Below, piece by piece: positions 54,358 to 62,662 of a DNA stretch of 64,000 bases. Under the pieces are notes generated by a model. The model did no database searches. It worked only from the letters and a program-made list of their open reading frames with translations, and had not been told where the DNA came from. Origin of the DNA: a virus; the IMG/VR virus record IMGVR_UViG_3300025853_000048, positions 1 to 64,000 of that record. One strand, 5' to 3'. How positions within the stretch are numbered: the first letter of the stretch is position 1; each line of letters opens with the position of its first letter. A program made the position numbers and the translations under genes.

Positions 54358-54549
54358 TCAAATCTCGTTATTGCGCGGTATCTCCAAGCCTTTTTTGCGA
54401 AAGAACGCTTCCACCTTTGCTTCGTTCGATGCGATCCGCAGATCCGTTTCTATATCTCCACCCTGCATAGCTTTCTCCTGATTCTCCCGGTTGATCTGCT
54501 TTGCTGCTTCCAGGATGGCTGAAATATTCTTTTTTTCTTCTTCGGTCAT
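54358..54549 (-). CDS. hypothetical protein
   Basis: 63-aa ORF. Confidence 0.5.
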   Translation of the reverse strand: MTEEEKKNISAILEAAKQINRENQEKAMQGGDIETDLRIASNEAKVEAFFRKKGLEIPRNNEI

Positions 54550-54559
54550 AATTCAACGT

Positions 54560-55330
54560 TTAATTTTCTAACGCTTTTCGGTCGAGCAGGTCGTGCATCT
54601 CTTGCTTCATTTCCACTTCGCTAACCATCGTCCAACCCTTCCAGCTACCTCTGGAGTCTTTTTGGTGCAGTGAACAAAGCCCGTTAGAAGCTCGGCACCG
54701 ACCCGTTTTCTCGGGATGTGTCCAAACCATATCTTCGGGCTGGAAAAGGTGTTCGTGAGTCCTGACGAATTCGCTGATGTTTACAACTTTATAAACCACG
54801 TTTTCGGGCGACCTTAGATAGCACCGCTTCGACCTCTTGTTTTGTGGCCCCTTTGCTACTACGGGAGCCACCTGTGGTCTACCTCTCATTTTTTCCGCCC
54901 CTCGTTCGTATGATTCGTCATCGCGGAACTTGTTTCCCTTCATGAACTGCGAATGAGCTTCGTTCTGCTCTTTTGAGTGCTTCCGCCCCCTATGTGCTTC
55001 GCTGATCTTTTTAGCTTTTATAGCCGCTCCTTCGGGAGTTATTTTCCACCGTCCTTCCGCATGTGCTAGTTTGACAGACTTGCTCATCTTGTCGCGCATC
55101 TCCTGGGGTTTTTCCTTCCCTTTCCACGGCTGATAATGACCTTTGCAATATCTCGCTGTCTTAGCGATCGATTTTATGCGCTCGCCACAACCACAAGCGC
55201 ATAAAGGTTTTTCTTTTTTTCGCGCCCTTTGCCGATAGGCAGCAGCGTTGCATTTTGTTGAGCAGTATTTCTGCGCTTTGTATGGAACGAAAGGAGTTCC
55301 GCAAATTAAACATTCTTTTTTGCTTTCCAT
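54560..55330 (-). CDS. Zn-finger/NUMOD3-like DNA-binding protein (homing-endonuclease-related)
   Basis: CLICG...YCSTKC, CACGCGE, KISEAHRGRKHSKE, GSWKGW; no HNH or GIY-YIG motif seen. Confidence 0.65.
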   Translation of the reverse strand: MESKKECLICGTPFVPYKAQKYCSTKCNAAAYRQRARKKEKPLCACGCGERIKSIAKTARYCKGHYQPWKGKEKPQEMRDKMSKSVKLAHAEGRWKITPEGAAIKAKKISEAHRGRKHSKEQNEAHSQFMKGNKFRDDESYERGAEKMRGRPQVAPVVAKGPQNKRSKRCYLRSPENVVYKVVNISEFVRTHEHLFQPEDMVWTHPEKTGRCRASNGLCSLHQKDSRGSWKGWTMVSEVEMKQEMHDLLDRKALEN

Positions 55331-55351
55331 ATTCTCTTTAACTTTTCTATA

Positions 55352-55379
55352 GTTCAACACAAGTCTGCTTTTGTTAAGT
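55352..55379 (-). repeat. dif-like site D2
   Basis: Minus strand ACTTAACAAAA-GCAGAC-TTGTGTTGAAC. Confidence 0.5.
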
Positions 55380-56158
55380 TATTCGCCTGGTTTCCCGTGC
55401 GAGTCTGCCTCTGCCATACAGAACAGTCCGCATTGAATATTCGGGTCAGACCCTTTAGGTTCTCCCTCTTCTATTTCGTCCAGGAAGATTGATGCTCGAT
55501 CTCCATTCTTGGTGACTCGGTTAATTGTTATATTGAGCTCCCTTTCCAGTTTGGCCGTTCGCTCGAATTGCTCCGGAAAGTGTTTACGAACTCGCTTCCA
55601 GTAATCTATAGAATCGCGGGCCTTAACGCACCCGATGCAGTTATTATTGCGGAACCCCAGTTTATACATCTCTGGCAGTTCGATCCCCACCCGATCCAGC
55701 ATCCCGAAGCAATCTTCTTTGGTTAGGCACCGATCAATCAAAGGGCACTCGATAATCCTTTCGTTGTTGTCTCGTTGCCATCTTTTCAGTCGCCGGGATT
55801 CATCGGCTGTATAGCCAAAGATTTCCGTGTCCCCTAACTGCCAGACCTTATCACCTGGTTTTTTCTTCAGTTCCCCGGTGCATGGTGCGCCGTGATGGGA
55901 TACCAGAAATTTGCGTGCTTCAAATACTTCATAAATATTGTCGAACTTTTCGCTTTTCAGGATTCTGACCGGCTGGCCAAACCACTTCTCACAATCAACA
56001 ATAAACCGCTTGTTGTCTGGATGTTCGCTGCCAGTGTCGCAATACACCACCTCCACCTTGCTATACTTCTCAATAGCGATTTTCGTGGCTACAGCAGAAG
56101 CTGCTCCGCAACTAAAATGGGAGACTACACGTCCTGATGGTTTTACTTGTTGGTTCAT
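55379..56158 (-). CDS. PAPS-reductase-family (PP-loop) protein
   Basis: FSCGAASAVA, DTGSEHPDN.RF, PCT.ELKK, GF.NNNCIGCVK, CGLFC. Confidence 0.8.
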   Translation of the reverse strand: MNQQVKPSGRVVSHFSCGAASAVATKIAIEKYSKVEVVYCDTGSEHPDNKRFIVDCEKWFGQPVRILKSEKFDNIYEVFEARKFLVSHHGAPCTGELKKKPGDKVWQLGDTEIFGYTADESRRLKRWQRDNNERIIECPLIDRCLTKEDCFGMLDRVGIELPEMYKLGFRNNNCIGCVKARDSIDYWKRVRKHFPEQFERTAKLERELNITINRVTKNGDRASIFLDEIEEGEPKGSDPNIQCGLFCMAEADSHGKPGE

Positions 56159-56305
56159 TTAGATAGCTTTTAGAATCGCTTTCCCTCCAATCACCCCTAG
56201 AGCTATTGCAGCAATATGACTTAGTGGCTCAGATAACGGCAATGCCCAGATTATTAGTGCGCCGATCACGATATTAATTAGGGCATTGGATAATTTGTTG
56301 CTCAT
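56159..56305 (-). CDS. small two-TM membrane protein
   Basis: MSNKLSNALINIVIGALIIWALP...IAAIALGVIGG. Confidence 0.5.
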   Translation of the reverse strand: MSNKLSNALINIVIGALIIWALPLSEPLSHIAAIALGVIGGKAILKAI

Positions 56306-56310
56306 AAAAA

Positions 56311-56336
56311 ATTTAACAAAATTACTTGTGTTGAGT
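56311..56336 (+). repeat. dif-like site D3 (4-bp spacer, degenerate)
   Basis: ATTTAACAAAA-TTAC-TTGTGTTGAGT. Confidence 0.45.
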
Positions 56337-56513
56337 ATCGCTATCACTCAACGCTTCTAAAGCATCGTTAAGAACTTCAGTTAGATTGACGTTGTTTAGC
56401 CTCGCCCATTTCTTGAGATGGGGGTCAATCTTCACCTGAGTCCTCTTCCAGCCTTCTCGGCCTTTGGATGCGTTCGCTCGCCCTGTCATTCCGTGAGGTT
56501 TTCTTTTTGGCAT
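56322..56513 (-). CDS. ribbon-helix-helix (CcdA-like) DNA-binding protein
   Basis: 63 aa from MPKRKP; KRTQVKIDPHL...A...NVNLTEVLNDALE. Confidence 0.65.
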   Translation of the reverse strand: MPKRKPHGMTGRANASKGREGWKRTQVKIDPHLKKWARLNNVNLTEVLNDALEALSDSDTQHK

Positions 56514-56555
56514 ACCTATAAATACTGCATTTCTATCATACATACAAATGAATTG

Positions 56556-56583
56556 TTGACTTTTGTTCTTTTGGGTGTATAAT
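56556..56583 (+). promoter_or_regulatory. strong sigma70-like leaderless promoter
   Basis: TTGACT-N16-TATAAT-N8-ATG(56592). Confidence 0.8.
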
Positions 56584-56591
56584 TGGATTGT

Positions 56592-56999
56592 ATGAATAAC
56601 TCTAGTTCGTCTAAAGTTAGGCTTGTGCTTCGGGTTGATGAGGGAACTCAACAGACCGAACGGAAGCAGAGTGGTTGGAAGTGGGGAGATCCTGCTCCTG
56701 CCTTTCCTGGCGTTGTGACTGATCGTATGAAAGAAATCTACCCTCATGCGGTAGCTGGACTTGAATGCGATTGCCTTAGCAACAGTTGGGATTGTGCCTT
56801 GATTGTCACCCTCGCCGAGGGTGACAATGGGCGTTGGTTTATTGGTGGTGATGCCGTTGATTTGAAAGACGGAATTGCTTACGATGCGTGGTATGATTTC
56901 GACGAGTTTCTCACGGAAGAGGAACTTGACGAAGGATTCCCCTCGAAAGAGGCAGCGATAGCCAAAGCAAAGGATGCATGGGATTCCTCTTTTGACTAA
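56592..56999 (+). CDS. acidic hypothetical protein, own transcription unit
   Basis: Own promoter and downstream terminator; opposite strand to the bulk of genes. Confidence 0.7.
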   Translation: MNNSSSSKVRLVLRVDEGTQQTERKQSGWKWGDPAPAFPGVVTDRMKEIYPHAVAGLECDCLSNSWDCALIVTLAEGDNGRWFIGGDAVDLKDGIAYDAWYDFDEFLTEEELDEGFPSKEAAIAKAKDAWDSSFD

Positions 57000-57013
57000 A
57001 ATCATATCAACCC

Positions 57014-57041
57014 AAGCCCGGGCGGAAGCGTCCGGGTTTTT
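57014..57041 (+). terminator. intrinsic terminator
   Basis: AAGCCCGGGCG-GAAG-CGTCCGGGTT followed by a T run. Confidence 0.7.
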
Positions 57042-57054
57042 GGGGTACCTAGTT

Positions 57055-57237
57055 ATGGATAAAAACGAATACGATAAAATTGTCATGATCACTTACAACA
57101 ACCTTGCAATGGGCAACCTCATTCCGACGTTATCATTTTGCGAGAAATGGGTGGCTCGGCAGTTCAATCTTAAAGTCGGCGGAAAGGCTATGGAAGTAGC
57201 TTATGATGCACTCACTAAATTCGGAGTTACTCCTTAA
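57055..57237 (+). CDS. hypothetical protein
   Basis: 60 aa from MDKNEY, between two terminators. Confidence 0.5.
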   Translation: MDKNEYDKIVMITYNNLAMGNLIPTLSFCEKWVARQFNLKVGGKAMEVAYDALTKFGVTP

Positions 57238-57250
57238 CCTTAACCAACTC

Positions 57251-57284
57251 AAAAGCCCCGGTGTTCGCGCACTGGGGCTTTTTT
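57251..57284. terminator. bidirectional intrinsic terminator
   Basis: AAAAGCCCCGGTG-TTCGCG-CACTGGGGCTTTTTT between convergent genes. Confidence 0.75.
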
Positions 57285-57376
57285 GTGCTTGAGTTGATGC
57301 CATGCATTCCACGCATAACTCGCCTGACTCCGCTGTGTAAATCAGTCTACGACTGCACTCAAGACAGTATCTTTCT

Positions 57377-58309
57377 TTACTCATAATCTCCGTACACTTC
57401 GCAGGATTCCGAACACGATCCATCAGGAACATCAAGCACATCATCAAAGTCTATTTCTTTATCAGAGTATGGTTCAAATTCTGTGCTTTTAGCTTCCTGG
57501 ATCAGTTCATTGGTAGTTATATCTCCGCGGAAAAATCGCCGTACTCCTGTCTTGCCCGCGGCAGCCTTCACTTGCGAATATTTTTCGTCCATCTTTTTTG
57601 GGAAAGTGAAAATTGATTCGTCCTCAAGTACTAACGTCATCAACTTGCGCTTACTCTTCTTCCAGCACCACTGGCAGTTTCCCCAGTGATCGCCAGGGAG
57701 TTGTAAATCAAACGGCCAGGATAGGCATTCCTTTTTTACCATCTCCATAGTTACTCGCATGTAAGCAAGGGGATAAACAAACCTGTTCTTTTCTGCGTTG
57801 ATGCTTAGTCGGTCCCATTCGTCGGAGCGGATGCCGATCGCTGTATCATAGTTGAGTTTTGCGCCCCTCACCCAGTCGTGAATCTTCAAGTAACTCTCCA
57901 TCACTTCCGTTTTGAGCCTAGACGTACATTGCGGCAGTTCCCTATTCGGAATTCCATACTTTCGGATATAGTCCTCAAACGGTCGGCCATCTCTGGAAGC
58001 GGTTTCGTAATCTACGATCCTGTGCCTAATACCCACTCCCTCCGCTCCTACCTCGGCCTCCAACCACACTGTCTCGAAATCAAAGTGGTCATCGCACTGC
58101 TTGATGAAGTCCAACGTCCTCGGGTCTTCGCAACCTGTATTAGCAAAGGTGACAATAATATTCTGGTAGCGGTCGCGGAGGTGCTCGAAGATAAACTTGG
58201 TCATCACCGCAGACGTGCGGCCCCCGGAAAATGATATAGACAAATTGTCCGAATACTGAGGAACATCCCCCAAAGTGGGGGCCATAAAATTGAACTCGCG
58301 TTGGGTCAT
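57377..58309 (-). CDS. PAPS-reductase-family (PP-loop) protein
   Basis: ISFSGGRTS, FANTG.E...TL.F, CT..LK, IGIR.DE, GNCQWCWKKS, CSESCE. Confidence 0.85.
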   Translation of the reverse strand: MTQREFNFMAPTLGDVPQYSDNLSISFSGGRTSAVMTKFIFEHLRDRYQNIIVTFANTGCEDPRTLDFIKQCDDHFDFETVWLEAEVGAEGVGIRHRIVDYETASRDGRPFEDYIRKYGIPNRELPQCTSRLKTEVMESYLKIHDWVRGAKLNYDTAIGIRSDEWDRLSINAEKNRFVYPLAYMRVTMEMVKKECLSWPFDLQLPGDHWGNCQWCWKKSKRKLMTLVLEDESIFTFPKKMDEKYSQVKAAAGKTGVRRFFRGDITTNELIQEAKSTEFEPYSDKEIDFDDVLDVPDGSCSESCEVYGDYE

Positions 58310-58315
58310 TTTATA

Positions 58316-58343
58316 AGTCTACAAAATTGGACTTATGTTGAGT
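58316..58343 (+). repeat. dif-like site D4
   Basis: AGTCTACAAAA-TTGGAC-TTATGTTGAGT. Confidence 0.55.
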
Positions 58344-58770
58344 TTTTTGGAGGATGTATTTTGCTTCCTCCGAAAGTGGTGGGGTTTGTCCATTCTAAAT
58401 GATCGTCAACTTCCGGGGTGAACGCCAGGTAAGTCGCCACACCTCCTTCCGTTGCCCGGTCAGTTTTGATTTGCACTTTCCATAGTTGCTTCTCGATCTC
58501 CACAAACCTTAATCGATTGACAGAATCCATCTCTCGCACGGTTGGTTTTTCTAAAACATGAATAAAGCGCTTCCCTGATGATAATGAAATAACATGGAAG
58601 CCGGTTTTCTCGCTCCTGGTGAACGCAGCCGTCAGGATCAACTCGTCATCGCGCCTGGTTTGATCTTCGGTCATCCTCGGTGTTACTTTTGCTTTTAAAC
58701 TCTCCACACCACCAACCTTTTTGTACTTCGGGAAAATCGTCATCTCGATGCCCTTCGACAATGCCTCCAC
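58333..58770 (-). CDS. hypothetical protein (start uncertain)
   Basis: ORF overlapping 58646..58897; stop codon lies inside site D4. Confidence 0.45.
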   Translation of the reverse strand: MEALSKGIEMTIFPKYKKVGGVESLKAKVTPRMTEDQTRRDDELILTAAFTRSEKTGFHVISLSSGKRFIHVLEKPTVREMDSVNRLRFVEIEKQLWKVQIKTDRATEGGVATYLAFTPEVDDHLEWTNPTTFGGSKIHPPKNST

Positions 58771-58897
58771 TCTCCCCTATTGGAGAAACAGAAATGCTTG
58801 GCGGGAATCGGCGGCACTCGAAAGCAAGGTAGCCACCTGCATCCCAGTTAAAGCTGAATTCACAATTCTCGCAGGACTTTAATCTCGTTTCACTCAT
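58646..58897 (-). CDS. small Cys-rich phage protein
   Basis: CENCEF...CRRFPP...FP.V....WCGEFK; promoter TTGACA-N16-GACATT-N8-ATG at 58906-58933. Confidence 0.7.
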   Translation of the reverse strand: MSETRLKSCENCEFSFNWDAGGYLAFECRRFPPSISVSPIGESGGIVEGHRDDDFPEVQKGWWCGEFKSKSNTEDDRRSNQAR

Positions 58898-58937
58898 CTT
58901 TCTTGAATGTCAGAGATATTGAGAGACTGTCAAGTTA

Positions 58938-59291
58938 ATGAACCTTGACCTCCTATCCACCTACCTGGAAGAACAGCAGATTTCCGAATCCGAAGCGATT
59001 GGAATCTTGCGGGCCAACCTGGATTCATTTCGGGAGGCGACCGGCAGGAATATGAAGCGACTAGGTTGGTTCAGAATACCATTCATGGATGAGGCTGACT
59101 TTTTCCCTGCCGTTATTGCTCATTTGAGCATCCATAACAGGAAATTGACTGAAGGAGGGCATATGGTTGAATACCTGGCTGAACACCCGTCATTTGATCC
59201 AGTTGCAAAAGACGCGACTGTCCCACAATACAGGTTGCAGATCGACCGTGTGCCAAACGGCGAGACTGACTGCCTCTTCGTGCGGATCTAA
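58938..59291 (+). CDS. hypothetical protein
   Basis: 117-aa ORF divergent from 58897; shares an N-terminal motif with 45770 and 50465. Confidence 0.6.
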   Translation: MNLDLLSTYLEEQQISESEAIGILRANLDSFREATGRNMKRLGWFRIPFMDEADFFPAVIAHLSIHNRKLTEGGHMVEYLAEHPSFDPVAKDATVPQYRLQIDRVPNGETDCLFVRI

Positions 59292-59299
59292 AGTCGCCT

Positions 59300-59788
59300 T
59301 CACAGCGCGTTGCGCGGCGAATAAGAAGGTGGTCGATACTCGCTGGACCGATTTTCTTTCAACCATTTAAGCAACCCCTTCCGTGATTTTGGCTCAACCG
59401 CTGGTTCAGGCCTGGGTGTCGCCCGGGTTGTCGGTCTTGGACTCGCCTTGGGCTTTGGTTTCCTGGCGATCGGTTTCTCGATGGCTGGTTTGAATTCCTC
59501 AATCTCTTCCTCTGCTGGCAAGAGTTTGTGCATCTCCCAATCCCTGCTATCAACCGGCACAATGATCGGTGGTATTGTTATGGCTTCGGGAACCGGCTTT
59601 TCGATTGGCGGGAGCTCCGGGGTAAACCCTGCAGCGGTGACGATCCTGAGTTGTCGATCTTCCTCGCTTGCATCTGCGGGCGTTTCGACTGGATCAGGGT
59701 CAGTCCAGATGCGACTCCAGTTTTCATAAGTGTAAATGAGTAAAATCAGGGTCAAAAAAGTAATGATCGTGACGAAGTGTTTTTTCAT
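59300..59788 (-). CDS. membrane-anchored Pro-rich protein
   Basis: MKKHFVTIITFLTLILLIY N-terminal anchor. Confidence 0.55.
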   Translation of the reverse strand: MKKHFVTIITFLTLILLIYTYENWSRIWTDPDPVETPADASEEDRQLRIVTAAGFTPELPPIEKPVPEAITIPPIIVPVDSRDWEMHKLLPAEEEIEEFKPAIEKPIARKPKPKASPRPTTRATPRPEPAVEPKSRKGLLKWLKENRSSEYRPPSYSPRNAL

Positions 59789-59808
59789 GATAGGGGGATG
59801 GGGTAAGA

Positions 59809-61623
59809 TTAATTCCATTGTCCGCCTCGCTTGTCCTGCTGGTTCAGATCCTGCTCCAGTAACTGCAAGTCGCGGGGCAGTTCTTTCTTGATTACCTGGG
59901 CTACATACGGTGTTGCAAGACCGATAAAAGTGATCCCGATGGCTAACGCCATTACGTCGTCATCGTGTTTCCCGGGAGCGGCTTCGGCTTTGCCGGATGG
60001 ATGCACTATAAAATCTTCCAATTCCTGCACCAGTGGCCGGTCCAGGATTTCGAGTCCATCCATCGGGGTGTTGTATTCGCGGATCGCAGTCGCCAGCATT
60101 TCGATCATGCGGTTGCGGCTTCCGGTGCCAGCCTGCCCCCCGGTGGTCTGGATGCCATACATTCCGGTGGACTTCTCTTTTCTTGCGTTGCCTTTGCGAT
60201 CGGTGGTCATCTGCTCGTAAACGTCTGCCCCTTTTTTGAGCAGTCCCGCGATCAGTCCCCGCTCCTGGTTGGCTTCCGGAATGATCTTGCAGTTGCCGTA
60301 AAACTGGCTCATGCGCCAGATATCTTCGGTCAACAAATCGATGTCCAGCCTGCACTTGTAAGCGAGTCGGCACACCACCTTGGGCGGTTTCCACGCATGG
60401 GTAAATTCATCCATGTAACCCGAGCGGATCACCAGGGCTGAATGACAATCCATGTCATCCGGGTTGGTGTAGCGGGCAGTCATCGTATCAACTGCGATCA
60501 GATATCGGAGCGGCGCCACTGGTTGCTCATAGAGAACAAACTTGGCATATGACTCCTCGGTAGGAATGAATGCATAGCGGTTGTTTTGCCCTTCCAGGAG
60601 TCCAAATTCAGGATGCGCCAAAACGGATTGCTGGCGAAAGTGAGCCAGACCAACCGAGTTAAACCGCTGGTTGGATGTGCTGTGGAACGCCTCTTCCTCG
60701 GTTGCAGGAAACTCCCGCTTCATGGTGGCGGGTTCCTTCTTTGCGATTTGATGAAACGCACTGCGATACCAACGGATCTGGCTGGATTCGAGGTTGAACC
60801 GCTGCACCATGTCGCGCTCATCCGCGGTATAGGTTGTTTCAATGTGACGTTCCTGCTCGGGGATCGGGTGCAACTCCCTGTGCTGGTCGTGGACATACCA
60901 GGGAGAAAAGATCTTGATAAACCCACTGTCTGCCCACTCGCCCGCCTTGGCTTCCTCCAAACTGACGGCTGATTGGTAGTATTCGTAAAACGGACCAGTC
61001 GGGCCTCGAGCCGTTGACTCGAGCACAACGCAAGTTTCGGGCAGCATCGGGACGCATGACAGAATCCCGGCCAGCACCTGGTCAGCATCGCATACCCCAC
61101 CCTCTCTCCAGCGTGCAGCTTCCGTGCAAAGCACGAAATGGAAGGCGTTGCCTCGTCCCGCTTCCGGATCGCCAGCCGTTTCATGCAAGCACCTGGAACC
61201 GTTAGAGAATACCGCTTTCTCGGCCTGAACATCCTTGCTGATTCCCCAGTTCATTAGGTCGGTGGATGCGTACCGTTTAAAATATTCCCAGAGTGACTTT
61301 ACCTGGTCATCCTGCCCGCCAATCACGCAACCCTCAATTGAGCGAGTCAGCATAAACCAGTACAGAGCGGCAACAATAATGGTGGATAACCCGACCTGCC
61401 GGGGTTTCAAGATAACCAGTCGTATTGGCCGATTGTTAGTCAAACACCAACCGATCGCATCGCAGATTTCCTGCTGCATCGGGTTGAGGATCGGCTGGAC
61501 AATCTTACCCCGCTTGTCTTTAATCCGGGCATACGCCGAAAACCAGTTAGCGAAGCCATCACGCGGATCCGACACCATTACGCGTTCTACCGCTGCCGGA
61601 TCAAGGATTGCTTTCTGGGTCAT
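59809..61623 (-). CDS. terL: terminase large subunit
   Basis: LNPMQQ, ILKPRQVGLST (Walker A), LCTEAA (Walker B), VLESTARG, IAVD, IPEAN, HDDDVMALAI. Confidence 0.92.
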   Translation of the reverse strand: MTQKAILDPAAVERVMVSDPRDGFANWFSAYARIKDKRGKIVQPILNPMQQEICDAIGWCLTNNRPIRLVILKPRQVGLSTIIVAALYWFMLTRSIEGCVIGGQDDQVKSLWEYFKRYASTDLMNWGISKDVQAEKAVFSNGSRCLHETAGDPEAGRGNAFHFVLCTEAARWREGGVCDADQVLAGILSCVPMLPETCVVLESTARGPTGPFYEYYQSAVSLEEAKAGEWADSGFIKIFSPWYVHDQHRELHPIPEQERHIETTYTADERDMVQRFNLESSQIRWYRSAFHQIAKKEPATMKREFPATEEEAFHSTSNQRFNSVGLAHFRQQSVLAHPEFGLLEGQNNRYAFIPTEESYAKFVLYEQPVAPLRYLIAVDTMTARYTNPDDMDCHSALVIRSGYMDEFTHAWKPPKVVCRLAYKCRLDIDLLTEDIWRMSQFYGNCKIIPEANQERGLIAGLLKKGADVYEQMTTDRKGNARKEKSTGMYGIQTTGGQAGTGSRNRMIEMLATAIREYNTPMDGLEILDRPLVQELEDFIVHPSGKAEAAPGKHDDDVMALAIGITFIGLATPYVAQVIKKELPRDLQLLEQDLNQQDKRGGQWN

Positions 61624-61639
61624 TTAAAGGACTGTCAAA

Positions 61640-62113
61640 TCAGTTGAGTTTCAGGGCGGCGAAGCTGGTATCCTGGCCTTCGTATCCCTCAAACCATTCG
61701 GCCAGGTCGCCTTCCATGGACGGGCTGGGTAACGTGTAATTCTGGAGTTTGAAAAGATGTTTGAAAGGTTTCCCCGGCATTGGTTCGCGGTGATGAAATT
61801 CAACGATCTGCCCGTCTTCTTCCTCATCGAAAAACCGGCGAATAATATCCCGAATCTCCAGGGGTGTCGGTTCCCGCTCCTCAATCGTCGTAGTGCCATG
61901 CTTACGAACCTTTTCCATGGCCATGACTGCCAAATGATCCCAACCCATATGGAGTTCGCTGGCCCAAACACAAAGCCAAACTTTGGAGTCAAACGGGATA
62001 TAGTATCGTCCCTCAACCGAGTTTAAATCCAGGTCATCGGTGTTATCTTCATCGGCCTTCAGGTCGTTGCTATGCTTGAATTGGGTGATTACGTCGGATA
62101 GATCGTCTCTCAT
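61640..62113 (-). CDS. hypothetical phage protein
   Basis: WDHL.V...REPT..E...I.R.FF.EE...VEFH...HL motif. Confidence 0.6.
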   Translation of the reverse strand: MRDDLSDVITQFKHSNDLKADEDNTDDLDLNSVEGRYYIPFDSKVWLCVWASELHMGWDHLAVMAMEKVRKHGTTTIEEREPTPLEIRDIIRRFFDEEEDGQIVEFHHREPMPGKPFKHLFKLQNYTLPSPSMEGDLAEWFEGYEGQDTSFAALKLN

Positions 62114-62114
62114 G

Positions 62115-62504
62115 CTAATATTGAATGTAGGATTTTCTCTGTTGCAGTACGTCCACGTAGGAACGCATAATTTGCAGTTGTTTGCTCAAAAGCGACTTCA
62201 CTTCATCCGCTTTCGGATGTCGTTTGTGTGGCTTTTCCTGCTTGATAACTCGTTCCAGATCAAAGATTTCCTCTTTCATCCGGTTCTGTTCCGCGAAGAT
62301 CTTTTTATCCGAGTTCTGGACGCGGCCTTTAGTGAACTCAACGCACGCTTTGCGCGAGTAATAGCGTATCCCGGGAGCGGGCGACGTGCCCTCCGGTATC
62401 AGTCCTTTTTTAACGTATCTCCTTAGCGATGAATAGCTTCTGTTTAGAATAATCAGGGCTTCATCCTTGGTGATTTGATCAGTATCCCTCTCGTAATCAA
62501 TCAT
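62115..62504 (-). CDS. excisionase/MerR-like HTH protein with a helical C-terminal domain
   Basis: ITKDEALIILNRSYSSLRRYVKKGLIP...RYYSR; C-terminal LLSKQLQIMRSYVDVLQQR. Confidence 0.65.
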   Translation of the reverse strand: MIDYERDTDQITKDEALIILNRSYSSLRRYVKKGLIPEGTSPAPGIRYYSRKACVEFTKGRVQNSDKKIFAEQNRMKEEIFDLERVIKQEKPHKRHPKADEVKSLLSKQLQIMRSYVDVLQQRKSYIQY

Positions 62505-62611
62505 AATTAACCATGTCCAGTGAAAAAACTAGAATGGTTGATAATGGGAGAGGGGATGATTGTCAAGTAATACTTATTATTTTTATAGCTAATCTATTAA
62601 TTTAGCACGCG

Positions 62612-62662
62612 TTTTTCATCGTCTCTCGTTCGGATCGCATGGCTCACCTTTAGCGTTACGAA
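62612..62662 (+). repeat. truncated attC-like site (right arm only), copy of B3
   Basis: 62626-62657 is identical to 49981-50012 over 32 bp. Confidence 0.85.

Noticed and set aside
54560-55330. Active homing endonuclease
   Set aside because: Only DNA-binding-type motifs are visible; no HNH or GIY-YIG catalytic motif.
56322-57092. 256-aa minus-strand ORF as listed in the track
   Set aside because: The upstream 193 codons overlap a promoter-supported plus-strand gene; only the last 63 aa look real.
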